A DNA stretch of 57,008 bases from the NCBI GenBank assembly GCA_963575745.1, contig CAUYUJ010000051.1, positions 62,001 through 119,008 of the forward strand, given 5' to 3'. Under the pieces are notes generated by a model. The model made no database searches. It saw only the letters and a list, made by a program, of their open reading frames with translations, and was not told where the DNA came from. Within the stretch, counting starts at the first letter, position 1; every line of letters begins with the position of its first letter. This stretch comes from Prorocentrum cordatum. Taxonomy: Eukaryota. A program made the translations under genes and the position numbers. This document shows positions 1 to 11,351 of the stretch, one piece after another.

Positions 1-495
1 GAGAGGGGGGATTGGGAAAGGGGAGGTGCGAAATTTGCTGCATATGGCTGGTTTGGACCCCGCCACCCAATGTGTTACTTGAAGGATAGATGTTTGCCTC
101 GGATGCCAGGATCACTGGCTACATGCAGCTGGTTCGGGGCGGCGGGCGGCGACGAGGCGGCGACGCCACTGCCACATGGCGGCCAGAGCGGCCCGCAGGC
201 CCAGTTACTAAGCAGGTACGTAACACATCCCTGAGTACAATCACTGATCTGATCGGACGTACGCTTCCAATGGGGACACATTGTACTTGTATGTCCTTCT
301 GCGTCCCACGCGAGATCGGGGTGGCCTCGGGGCGGCTCGAATAATCAATCGTGGGCCCTTGGGCCGCGACCCCGCGGACGGTTTTTCGCAGATGCCCCGC
401 GCGGAACGTATCCGTGCGACCGCGTATCCGTGGGATCGCGATCCAAACCGCGAGGGCGTGGATATGGATACGTTCGCCGCTCGTGAATCTAGGCC

Positions 496-702
496 TCCCA
501 GATGTGGCCCGAGTGGGTGGAGTCGGAGGATCGCTTGGCATCGCCGATGCATCAGCGATGTGGCGCGATGTGGAGCCTGATGTTCTCCACCCCGACGTCG
601 TCAAGGCTTTGCCGACGTTGCCGATGCATCGCCAATGCATCAGCGATTCATCGGGGATATTGCGCGATCTTCCGACCCCATCCACTCGGACCCCAGTTGG
701 GA
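496..702. mobile_element. MITE-like element, TCCCA...TGGGA family
   Basis: ~39-bp imperfect terminal inverted repeats (TCCCAGATGTGGCCCGAGTGGGTGGAGTCGGAGGATCGC / GCGATCTTCCGACCCCATCCACTCGGACCCCAGTTGGGA) with internal CATCGCCGATGCATC motifs; related copies at 15361 and 48501. No clear TSD. Confidence 0.7.
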
Positions 703-803
703 TGCCTCTAACGCAGTGCTGCGGCAGTTGTGGGTGCGGCGGACGGGAGCAGTGAGAGCGATGTCCTGCGGAGGAGCTATGGGGAGGGGGAGGGGGCAAG
801 GGG

Positions 804-804
<1 letters not shown>

Positions 805-902
<98 letters not shown>

Positions 903-968
903 GGAGGAGGAGGGAGGAGGAGGGAGGAGGAGGAGGAGGAGGAGGAGGTGGAGGAGGAGGAGGAGGAC
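805..968 (+). repeat. (GAT)n followed by (GAG)n microsatellite
   Basis: Read directly; abuts the SL at 969. Confidence 0.95.
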
Positions 969-990
969 TCCGTAGCCATTTTGGCTCAAG
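969..990 (+). other. Dinoflagellate spliced leader (DinoSL) DNA copy at 5' end of LINE-A
   Basis: TCCGTAGCCATTTTGGCTCAAG, exact match to the 22-nt DinoSL consensus DCCGTAGCCATTTTGGCTCAAG. Confidence 0.97.
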
Positions 991-1100
991 TCCATAGCGG
1001 TTGCTCGAGGACGCGAGTTTTTTTGTGGCAAGGGCATTTCACGGCCGCACCACACATCGGTACTGCAGCTACCTGATCGCTCTTTACCGATGCCTTCGAT

Positions 1101-1368
1101 ATGGATGGTTTCTCTCATTGGACGTGCCCGAACACGAGGTGCGGAAACAATGGGAACTTCTCGTGGAGATCTACGTGTCGTGTGTGCAAGCAGGCGCCTC
1201 ACTGAGTTCCCGAACCCAAGCCAGCAGGATGTGCGCGTGGCAGCTGGGCCAAGGGGCCGCCAGCGCGTGACGCTCCGTCTAAGGGCAATAGCGTGCAGCT
1301 CACAGACTCGTTGGTCGCCATCTATGTCCGCATTCCCGAGGAAGAGTTCAAGTCTCTTGCGCAGTCGC

Positions 1369-1404
<36 letters not shown>

Positions 1405-2110
1405 AAGCAGGTTGCCCGTGTGGTCAGCAAGAGAGCGCTCGATGCGGGTGCACCTGAGGCTGCCGTGCGAGCCTCCCGTCAGGACACTGACGCGTTGCGC
1501 CAGCGCGTCAGCCAGGCTCAGGCCAAGTTCGACAAAGCTCAGGAGGCCGCGGCAGCCGAGGCCTTGGCGTACATGGGAGATTGCAAGCAGAACCTCATTC
1601 GTGTCAAGCAGGAGGCCGACGCTGCTGCCGCCAAGGCGGCTGCGGCCTACAGCGCCATGGCCAGTCAGGGTGGGAACATCTCCGTTGCCGCGGCGCTCCA
1701 GCTGATGCAGGGTCCCCTCGCCGCTTTGCAGCAGTCGGCGCTTGATGAAGCCTCCCAGCTCGAGGGGCTCGTGCAGGCTGCCGCGCAGCCTGTGGGCCCC
1801 CCTTGCCCGCCCGCGGCGCCCCCTGCAGGCCAGCCCTCGCAGGCCGACGGGCCGATGGGCCACAGGTGGCGCCCGCCCCCGCGGGCGGCGCGCCTGTTCA
1901 TGCTGGCGGTGGTGGCGCTCCTGGGGCTGGCGGGGCAGGCGGCGGTGCGCAACAGCAGCAGCCTGGGCATGCCGACGTCCCGATGCCCCCCTGCCCCCGA
2001 CTGGTCCATGTTCACTGACCCAAACGGCGGCTTCTACCAAGAGTTCTTGGCAGCGCCGGGCCTTGTCGACCCCGAGAACGCCGCAGAGAATGCTGAGTCA
2101 GGCGCCGGGG
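1101..2110 (+). pseudogene. LINE-A ORF1 remnant (RanBP2-type zinc finger + Ala/Gln-rich coiled coil)
   Basis: ATG at 1101 gives MDGFSHWTCPNTRCGNNGNFSWRSTCRVCKQ (W-x-C...C...N...C-x2-C), then stops and a (TC)n insertion at ~1372-1402, then a helical segment RQRVSQAQAKFDKAQEAAAAEA. End approximate. Confidence 0.65.
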
Positions 2111-2239
2111 CCAGTCACGCCGCCCCCGAGAAGCCGGGCTTCTCGCGCAATTTCCCCCACGATGCCATCAAGTCCATGCAGGGCGCGCGCAGCGTCGAGT
2201 GTTTAGCGCCAAGGTCTTTTTCACCACGGCCAGCGTCAC

Positions 2240-5200
2240 AGGGTGCTCTGGCCTTGAATGCGTGCTTGAACGCCAGGATGTGCTGAAACTGCGCGGCCCT
2301 GGCCATCCGAGAACATGATTTTGCCCAGGTTCACGCCTGGGAGGTGCGTTTTCGGAATTTGGGATGGTCTGCCAAAGGCTCGGCGGCAGAGATCACCCCA
2401 GCAGGTGGCACCTCTGGCTGTCTCTTTCAGATGGTGCAGAGGAAAGTCGGCATGGCAGAGCTACCTGATCAGAGTTTCTGCGTGGTCGACGCGCGTGTGA
2501 GCATACTCCACTTCTTTGCCTTGCGGCCTGATGGAGTGCTCTGGGCCGTTGTCTACCTTCATGACTCGCATGGTCTGCCGCCACAGAATTGCAAGTCATT
2601 GGCTGTGCCGGGGGGCAGACTGTATCGATGTGGGATGCCGTGTGTGGTTTCAGGTGACTGGAACATGACCCCCGAGGACGTCCAAGGTTCAGGCTGGGCC
2701 GACAAGCTCGGCGCCGTGCTGCTCGCGCTGGTCATCGCCGCATGCTCGCAGGGCGCCGTGCGCGCGCTGGACTGGTTCGCTGTCTCGCGCGGCTTGCGCT
2801 ACGGGGCCCAGGTGCGTGTCCTCACCGCCGTTGGCGCCAAAGACAGCAAGCCAGTTCAAGTCTCGCTCAGGGGCGCCGATGCGGGGGAAGCTCGGCAGGG
2901 CTTCGCCACAGTCCCAGCGCAGGAGTTCTTCGAGATTTACCAGATCCCCGATGAGGAGCGCAGCAGCTGCGTGGGGCGGGCGGCCTAGCCGCGCGCGCGG
3001 GCGCAAGCCGCCGCCCGCCGTGCAGCTTCTGTGCCCGCACGCGTCGCCTGTCGCCCCCCTGGTTTCGTGCGCTCAGCCAAGTGTTGCAGGGGCTGCCTCC
3101 TCCGCGGAAGCCCGCTGCTCGGGGCGCCGCCCTCAGTGCGCGCCTGCAGTTGCGTCGGTCTTCTGGGCCCCTTCCCGTCGGCGCTTGCGGGGCTTTGGCG
3201 CCTCCTCCTGAACGCGGCTGCTGACTTGGACTGGGGCTTGGTCAAGTCTTTAACCCTTGATGCTCGAGCCTCTGGCGAGAGGCTGCTGGCGAGCGCGGGG
3301 CTCGAGAGTGGCGGGGATGGGTCCGCGGGCGCAGCGGCGCTGGCGGAGGTGCTCTCTACGCTCTGTCCAAACCTGTCGTGCCTTCGCATTCCAGCCCTGC
3401 CTTTCAAGAATATGGCGCGGCCAGAGCCCCGCCGACCTCGCAGGGGCAGGAGATGTAGCTTCGCGCGGAGGAGTGGGGTCGGTATTGGTGTGTCGAACAG
3501 TTGGAGGATTGCAGTCAGTGGCCCGCTGACATGGGTCCACCATTGCCCGAGTTCAGCCTCGATGGGCTGCGCGAGTAACTGCGCCCGTTTAGGTTCGCCA
3601 GCGGCGCTGGCTTTGATCGGATCAGCCCTCGGCAGCTCGACGAGCTCATGGACGAATGGCTCGAGTGTCTTCCGCAGATCATCTTCTCGATTGAGTGCGC
3701 CTTCACCTGGCCGCGGGCGTGGTCCAGTATAGTCTTTTTTAATGAAGCGCTCGGGCGGCGTGCGCCCCGTTGCGCCACTCCACTTGCGCGCGCGCGTCCA
3801 GGGGCGCCTCCGCCGCCCCCTGCCCCGGGAGTGGCAGCGCGAGAACTCTCGGGGGTTCTGGTGGTCGACGTCGGGGGGGGGTCCGAGCGTTGGGTTTGAA
3901 TTCGCGCTGACACCTTTGAGTGGGCTGTGGGGCGAGGTCTTGCGGCGGGCGCGGTGCGTCTAGACCTGCGGAGAGATTTCGAGAACATGCGTCATGGCGC
4001 CCTGCTGGAGGCAGCTCGGCGCGCCACCTGTCCTTTGGGGCAGCTGAGGCTGCTCATCTCGCTGCGCGGGGCGCCGCGGGCGCCGGGGTGTGGCGGCGCG
4101 AACTCCAGCCCCGCCCTCGCTCAGCAGGCGGTGCTCGCAGGTTGCCAGTTTGCCGCTCTTTGTCTGCAGATGGTCGTTCTCTCCCCTCTCGACTTTCTGC
4201 AGGCCGCTTTCCCTGGGCAGACAGAGGGGGGAGTTCAGTTGGGGGCTGTAGTAGATGATCGTGGGCTGCGCAAAGTTGGCCGAGGGCAGCGCGCCCACCT
4301 GCGCCCCGCCAAGGCTACTGTCATGCTGCGCGGTGGGCGAGGACATTTTCGCCTGACAGTCGGCCGCCCCAAGGGTCGCATCCTCCCGTCCTTCTCGCGC
4401 ATGCGTCTGGGTCGCGCCGCCGTGCTTCGCTCTTGTCGGTATCTGGCCGCTCAGTTCAGGCGGAATCTTGGGGTTGACTATGCGGTTGGCGGCGTCATTC
4501 GCAGGGCCGCCGAGCGCAGTCGACGCGCTGCCGCAGTCACTTGTCAGGGCAAGATTGTTTGACTTGCCAGTCAACTTCGCAAGCGTCAGGTGCACGACGC
4601 CGTCCGAGCTGCCGCCCTGGCCCCCGTGTCATATGGGTCGGGGGTGGCGGGCGCTTCGGAGGCGGAGCTGCGCGAGGCGCGGCCCCTGCAGGCAAGTGTG
4701 CAAGCTCAGAAGCTCTCAGGGCGCAGCGTCGCGCTTCTTTTGCGTTTGGCGGGCGTCAGATAGGTTGACCCCGCCTCTTCCTTCTGCTCCGCCCCCTTGC
4801 TGCACCTCGCCTCGGCGGTCTGGGAGTCTCGGGTGCCTGGAGGCGCCCTCGCTGCAGGGCTCGAACGGCCGAGCGAGCGCTCGAAGGGCAAGGGTCGCCC
4901 TGGAAGGCCATCGGAGGGCCCCTTTTCCAGCTGCGCTGCGTCTGCTCGTGGGCTAGGCATCGAGATCGACGGTCTCGCCTGGTCGCGCCCGCCTGTTGGG
5001 TTTTTTCACCGGCCGAGCTTTGCGCGTGAGCGATCGCGCGATACTTTGATCAAATTGTCGAGCAGTGGTGCCGGCAGCGCGTGGCCGCGCATCTCGAGCG
5101 GTCTGAGTTTAGGTCCCGTGCTCGCGTTAGTGCTCGCAGGCATGCGGCGGCTCGAGGCTCGCGAGAGGGGTCATGTCGTTTCCGTCGTTGCGGGAGGCCA

Positions 5201-6669
5201 GTGACCCCAAGCCAGGCAAGCAGCGCTGCAGTTGTCTGATATCAGCGAGTGCCAGGTCTGCCAGGCGCCCCCAGGCGCTCTTGCGCATGGGCACCTCCCT
5301 TGTCCGGGGCACGAGGGCGCTTTCCAGGCCGAGGCCCCAGCTGTGCCAGCATATCTGGTTAGGCACCTCAATCGCCCCTCTGTCCGTCTTCTCGCGGAGA
5401 GGCTGCTGCTGCCGCTGCTTGCCCTCCCCGCTCCTCCCCTCCGCGTGCCTGGCGAGGTCCGGCTCAAGGGGGTACCTGAGCTCCTAGAAGGAGACATCTT
5501 TCTTGACGGCAGCCTCCTCGATTGTAAACTGCCCCCGCAAGCCCAGAACATGGGCCGGGCCATCGTTGCGTTGCGCGAGACCCAGGCCGTCCACGTGTGT
5601 TTCTTGGCTGGGGGGTTCAGAACTGGTCGCTGGTCTGTGTGACATTGATTGCGCCGAGCTCTGGGCCCTCCTGCATGCGCTGCGAGCTGCTCTGCCTGGC
5701 GCCACTTCTTGGACCGATTCTCAATTTGTGAATGATGGAGTCTTCAAGAGATCGACTCTATTTTTTTTGCCATGGCGGCGTGGGCCGACCTTTGGAACCA
5801 GGTGTGGGCCGCCATCGAGGATCGAGGCGGGGTCGAGTCTCTTCGGTTGTTCAAGCTTAAGGCCCGCATCTCTGCCGTGGACCTTGAGCAGGGGTGGATG
5901 ACCTTGCGCCGGCGTCAAGGTAACGTGCTTTCGGACAAGACGGCCAAGGATCGGGTATAGCCAGGACCCCGGGTAAGGTGATCCAGTTCGTGGTAGGGCC
6001 CTGGGGCCCCCCAGTTGGCCAGAGTCACTAAACCAGGCTTGCCGCAACTGGTGTTTTGCGGGTGACGGCAGTTCTGGTTCGTGGAAACGGGACGGGGGGG
6101 CGCCCCCGGTATAAATCACTAAACCAGGTTCCACCCAAACCAGTTCTGCCAACGCCCGAAAGGAGGCCGCCTGTTTTACTCGTGCCCCCGAGCGCTTTCG
6201 CGCGTGTTCCCGCTCCCAAGCAAATGCGCTGTCCTTCCTTACTGTATGGGTCGGACGCATCGGCTGAAATATGGCCGACGTCGACTGTTTGAATGTCCCT
6301 GTGAATGCCCGTGGCACTCGCAAGGAGGCCAAGTCTCAGTGTGTTTTGTGGCCGCCGCCTGTCGTCGTGCCGCCCATCCTCTCCAGGGCTGATGTGGCTC
6401 TCGCCGCTCTCCGCCGTGAGGGCTGCCGCATGCGCCAGGCCTTCCCGATTTCCGGGCGCCCAGGTCCAGGGGTTAGTTTGTGCTGTCTGTGGTGCGGGGG
6501 TCCATCTCTCCGCCGCCTTCAGAAGCCCCTGCAGTGGCAACCCGTCTGTTTGGGAAACGCGGGTGTTAAAACACTCGCAGACGGGAGGTACCTCCACGGC
6601 AAAAATTGGGTGCCCTTGTCCGAACCGTGGCGACGTCAGCTTCTCGTGGAGAGTGGCCAGGCGTTCTGA
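2240..6669 (+). pseudogene. LINE-A ORF2 remnant (AP-like endonuclease, reverse transcriptase, RNase H, C-terminal Cys motif)
   Basis: APE motifs VVYLHDS, SGDWNMTP, LDWFAVS; RT motifs LDLRRDFENM, VLAGCQFA, VVDD, NLGVDY; RNase H motifs IFLDGS, AELWALL, WTDSQFV, ADLWNQV, GNVLSDKTAK; C-terminal CLWCG. Many frameshifts and stops. Confidence 0.85.
5951..6159. mobile_element. 209-bp MITE inserted in LINE-A RNase H, 5-bp TSD AAGGA
   Basis: Termini TCGGG...CCCGA with imperfect ~17-bp TIR; AAGGA at 5946-5950 and 6160-6164; removing it restores the frame GNVLSDKTAKEAACFTRAPERF. Confidence 0.85.
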
Positions 6670-6964
6670 CCTTTTTGATTTTTGTTTGGTGTCGCCATCC
6701 CTCGCCTGGGCAGTCGAACCTAAGCGAGGTGACAACAAATGTTCGTTCTGATGCCCCCCCTGGTCTTTGGCAAGACGGAGGGGACCTCGCTCCCCTTCCT
6801 CTTTAGCTCCGTGCCGAGGAGGAGGAAGAGGACTTGCAGGACTTGCAGCCTTCGCGTCGCGAAACAGGAAGACGAGGAGGAGGAGGAGGAGGCGGAGGGA
6901 AGAAAAGGAGGAGGAGGAGGAGGAGGAGGAGGAGGAGGAGGAGGAGGAAGAGGAGGAAGAGGAG

Positions 6965-7064
6965 NNNNNNNNNNNNNNNNNNNNNNNNNNNNNNNNNNNN
7001 NNNNNNNNNNNNNNNNNNNNNNNNNNNNNNNNNNNNNNNNNNNNNNNNNNNNNNNNNNNNNNNN
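6965..7064. other. Assembly gap (100 N)
   Basis: Run of N between (GAG)n and (CCT)n tracts. Confidence 1.
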
Positions 7065-8049
7065 CCTCTTCTTTCTCCTCCTCCTCCTCCTCCTCGTCCT
7101 CTTTCTCCTCCTCCTCCTCTTCCTCCCTTCCTCCTCCTCCTCCTCCGCCCTTCCTCCTCCTCTTTCTCCTCCTCTTCTTTCTTCTCCTCCTCCTTCATCC
7201 TTCCTTCTCTCGGAGGAGGCAAAGGTGCCCATGCCTCTACCCCCTCGCCCGTTTTCTCCTCTCTGGGCCTCCCGGAGGGCCCTCATCGCCACTGCTGGAT
7301 GCGCCTCGAAAAATCCTGGTCGGATCGCATCCCGGGAGAGGTCCAGGGGAAGGTACCTGTTGGCTTCCCCATCCTCACCCCTTGGGCAGCCGGAAGAGCC
7401 GAATGGTGAGCGGCCGAAGCGCGACCGGCGGGCTCGGGGATCACCGGAGAGCGGATCTCGGAGCACGGGGGGCCTATCTGGCCGTTGTGGGAACCGCTGG
7501 GGGAAGGGGGGAACAGCTGTCGGGATCCAGCAAAAGGGGTGTGTGCCCTGGTGTGTGTGTGTGAGAGAGAGAGAGAGAGAATTCGATCGGTTTTTGCATC
7601 GAATCGCCCAAAACAGGTGCCCCCCAGCCGCCAGCAGCTCCCGATAGTCGCCGACGGGTGGGGCATGCGGGAGGCATCTGTTTGCGGCGGTTCGGTGCAC
7701 CAGCGGATCGAATTCATGCCCCCCCAGGGTCACCAACTCTTTGGTGGATCCCGAATTTGGGGGTGGCATCCTTGTTTTGTATGAGGGCATCAGAGAACCT
7801 CAGTGGGGGTTCTGGGGCCCACCGCTGTCGTCTGGGGGTTCCCTTGTGCTGTCGTGGTGGCCTCGGGCAATCTCGGCATCTGGATTTTTCTAGGGGGTCT
7901 CACAGGCCCTCTTGGAGCACTGTTGGACTACTCTCTCGGGTGCTCTGTGTTAGAACCACTGGGGCCCTCTTAGAGGGTTCTGGGGCACCTTCAGGTCCTC
8001 TTGGCAATATTTGGTGGCCTTCGGCTCATCCTTCCACAATGCATGGGCA

Positions 8050-8350
8050 GTAGGTCGGAGGCCTCTTATATGCCTTTGGAGATCTCTTGTGATGCCTGCC
8101 CTGGGCCTCTTCGGGCCCGATAGGGCCTCTTGGAGGCCTCTTGGGGCTTCTCGGGGGCCTCTTGGGGGCCTGCTGGCAGTTCCGGGGGTCACCTTGGGGC
8201 GGAGGACTCCAACATGCGATTCAGGTTCCCCCTCTTCGGGCTCTCTTGGGGCCCTCTTGGGCAGTCTTTGGGGGCCCTCTTGGGCAGTCTTTGGGGCTTC
8301 TGAGGCTGTCTTGGGGCCCTCTTGGGCCGTCTGGGCGCCCTCTTGGCCAG
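8050..8350 (-). repeat. CCAAGA/TCTTGG-rich satellite-like dispersed repeat
   Basis: Recurrent GGGCCTCTTGG units; same family at ~15950-16260, 16740-17130, 32720-33990 and 41200-42150. Confidence 0.75.
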
Positions 8351-8449
8351 AAGGGGTTTTGCCCCACCTGCCGCCAACATTGTGCCAGGCATGCCTCCAC
8401 AGGTCCAGGGGCGCGAAGTGCGCGCAGAGGTTTTGGACGCTTTACCATC

Positions 8450-9335
8450 CTCTTCCTCCTCCTCGTCCTCCTCCTCCTCCTCTCCTCCTCCTCCGCTCTC
8501 TCCGTCTCCTCCTTCTCCTCCGTCTCCTCCGTCTCCTCCTCCTCCTCCTCCTCCTCCTCCTCCTCCTCCTCCTCCTCCCGCCTCCGTCTCTCTCCTCCTT
8601 CTCCTCCTCCTCTCTCTCCTCCTCCTCCTCCTCCTCCTCCTCCTCCTCCTCCTCCTCCTCCTCCTCCTCCTCCTCTCTCTTCCTCGTCCTCCTTCTCCTC
8701 CTCCTCTTCCTCCTCCTCCTGCTCGTCCTTCTCCTTCTTCCTCCTCCTCCTCCTTTTTCTCCTCCTCTTTTTTTGTTGTTTTAATATTTTGTTTCTTTCT
8801 TTTCTCGGTTGCCGAGGAGCTTTCCCACCGTGCTCCCTCGCTCGCCCTCCGCCCGATGGGGCCGCCCCCGCCGCAGGGAGCTTGGCAGGGCCGCTCGCCA
8901 CGCGGCCTCTCTGCAGGGGCCGGCGGCTTACGCCAAGGATAAGGCACACGACGCCGCGCAGGGCTCCGGCGAGGGCATCATTGGCTTGCTCGAGGCCCGC
9001 CCGCGCGGAGGGCCCTGAGATCCGACGCTTCAACAAACATTTCGAGCAGGCGTTTTTTTGTTTGTGCCGTTTTCGGCCCCTGGGGGCCCTCGCGGGGCCT
9101 CGGGAGCGTCAGAGAAAGACTCAGGACGAAAAACTGGCCCTGGAGGAGGAGGGGGAGGAGGAGGAGGAGGGGGAGGAGGAGGAGGAGGAGGAGGAGGAGG
9201 AGGAGCAGGACAAGCAGGAGGGGGAGGAGGAGGAGGAGGAGGAGGAGGAGGAGGAGGAGGAGGAGGAGGAGGAGGAGGAGGACAAGCAGGAGGAGGAGGA
9301 GGAGGAGGAGGAGGAGGAGGAGGAGGAGGAGGAGA
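8450..9335. repeat. (CCT)n tract (~8450-8770) and (GAG)n tract (~9140-9335) flanking host exon A
   Basis: Read directly. Confidence 0.9.
8917..8994 (+). CDS. Host gene exon A (coiled-coil protein; upstream exons not found in window): (GPAAYAK)DKAHDAAQGSGEGIIGLLE
   Basis: Follows CTGCAG (alternative acceptor would start the exon at 8938); GC donor; joins exon B in frame to give IIGLLEVCESDFSKGLAE. Confidence 0.75.
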
Positions 9336-10491
9336 CGACTCAGGACGAACAGCCGGCCCTACAGAAGTGGTCCGGACCTCTGGGGCCCATGCATCGACGA
9401 GAATTAGAGCAGGTGGATGCCTGGGGAGGATGGGCCGCGTCTGCATGTGGCGTGATGCCTCCCTGCCTTCGGCAGCGCTGGGGGGCCACGTGTGCCAGGC
9501 CTTCGCTGGCACGACACGGCCATTGCTCTGCCGTTTCCGCTTTTTGTTCGTAGGTTTTCGTCACAGTCTGTTTGATGTTTCCGTTGCTTCTGGCCCCGGA
9601 TCCGGTTCCAATCCTGGAGCCGTTCTTTTGCCGTTTCTTGTCGCCGTTTTTGGCCACTTCCAGTTTCAAGAGAAGCTTTCGGAAGCGGCGACGGAACGGC
9701 CTTACCGTTAAGCGCCAGGCACACGACGCTGGGCCGTGTCGACCAGACAGACGTAAAAGCAAAGACAGCAGGGCATATCATACACAAATTGAATGGCCGC
9801 CTTGTTTGACGATCCCCTTCTTCCTAGGAAGGTACGCAGAAAGGACCGCATCGTACATGCAGGTAGATACGATCACGCCTCCCGCGCGCACAAGCATCAG
9901 TACAGCACACGACAGCAGGTGCGTGCACAAATGCGCTCTAGCCAGGAGGCACACCTTACACACTCACGCAGCTTCGCTCGCAGACGCACGCAGGTGTGCG
10001 CATTGTGCGCAGCAGGTGGAGCACAATACGCACCGCAAGACATTGCAGCGCGCGGCGCAACATCCAGCAGTGGACGCCCATCGCGCACCTTGGAGCGTGC
10101 AAAACAGATGCATGACGCATGCCGCATGCGCAACGTAACGCGTAACGCGCAGCACCTGGTCCGCATAACGCGCCAGTATCCAGGTGCAGGCACAGACTCG
10201 GAGGCAAGAGCTCAAACTCGTGAGCGCAAGTATTCACAGGAGTATCGGATGATGCAGACCTGGAGCAGTCCGAGTCTGCGCGCGGCAGAGCTGCCTGCCT
10301 GGGGCGCGTCCTTGAGTACTAGTACCATGCTGTTCGCAGAAAGAGTCGTTACTCTCAAGGTTGCCGCTTTGTACCGCGCGTGCTTTTCCACATGTCAGTG
10401 GTTCTTGTTCGGAGAGAACCAGCTGTATTTTCGAGGGGAAGGTGCGTACGCGCGTGCTGTAGTCGTTGGTGCGTGCCCCTCCTGCGCCCAG

Positions 10492-10611
10492 GTCTGCGAG
10501 AGCGACTTCTCCAAGGGCCTTGCCGAGTACGTCGGCGCGGAGCAGAGCGCTGTGTCCGAGTACGAGCAGCAGACGAAGGACCACGAGGTGGAGACGGCTA
10601 CGAAACAGCAG
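10492..10611 (+). CDS. Host gene exon B: VCESDFSKGLAEYVGAEQSAVSEYEQQTKDHEVETATKQQ
   Basis: CAG acceptor, AG|GAAAGT (GA) donor, strong GC3 codon bias, helical peptide. Confidence 0.88.
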
Positions 10612-11330
10612 GAAAGTCCCGGCCCCTTTCTTCTTGTTTCGGTTACAGTGCTGGCTGCGGCAGAGAGCATGTACACCAGGTCCCCCGCAGTGGCCCGGAA
10701 GTAATCGCACTTCGCGTTCATCGGTCTAGGTCACTTTCGTTGTCCATGTTTACCGCGCGAGAGAACGGAGATAATCGCGAAGCGCGAAATTGGATGAGTT
10801 AGGTGTTCAACGGCTGGCGTACCACTCCGCGTGGCCGTCCAAGGTCAGGGCCGGCGGAGTACACCAGTCGGAGGGTGATGGGAAGACACGTGGTTTTTTT
10901 TTGGTCACCGTTCAGAAGCAGACAGCATGGAGCCTGCAGCGTTCGACCTAAGCATTTTCTATTATCATGCAATAAGGTTTAGTCTGTCCTCGTTGGTGAA
11001 TTAGTTGTGCCATCATGCGCAGCTGGCGTCTATCCAGTGGTACCTATGTGTGTACAACATCCTTACCCTATGTGATGGTGCGTTGTGATGGAAGAGGCCG
11101 AACATGTAAGTTTCATGTGTGATCAATCGCCCCTGCGGTTACACTTGTAGACTTCAGCTGCACTACGTGATGACATATTCCATTTGCGGTATTCAAATTT
11201 CGAGTGTACGTAGGGTTCTTGAATCTGTATATATTTGTTCGCAGGCAGGGGCGGTGACATCCACCCAAGACAGAGCTTGTCGTTTCTTTCCCTGCTTACC
11301 TTTGTTACGGTCTCCATTGATATCTCTCAG

Positions 11331-11351
11331 GATGTCAAGTACAAGACGAAG
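11331..11351 (+). CDS. Host gene micro-exon C: DVKYKTK
   Basis: CTCTCAG acceptor, AG|GA donor; continues TKQQ-DVKYKTK-E in frame. Confidence 0.8.

Larger units (their letters stand above)
969..6815 (+). mobile_element. LINE-A: decayed full-length non-LTR retrotransposon (ORF1; APE-RT-RNase H)
   Basis: Starts at SL; collinear but frameshifted remnants of ORF1, APE, RT and RNase H. Possible TSD GAGGAGGAGGA(G/A)GAGGAC at 951-968 and 6816-6833; 3' boundary uncertain because the TSD is microsatellite-like. Confidence 0.85.

Noticed and set aside
969..990. SL RNA gene (also 26842-26863)
   Set aside because: An SL RNA gene needs a GT donor right after CAAG; these copies are followed by TC, CC or AT and lead into retroelement sequence.
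6870..7200. (GAG)n/(CCT)n inverted repeat as a biological hairpin
   Set aside because: The flip occurs across an N gap, so the junction is unverified.
9793..10704. 303-aa ORF as a whole gene
   Set aside because: Only 10492-10611 has codon bias and splice sites; the rest is intron.
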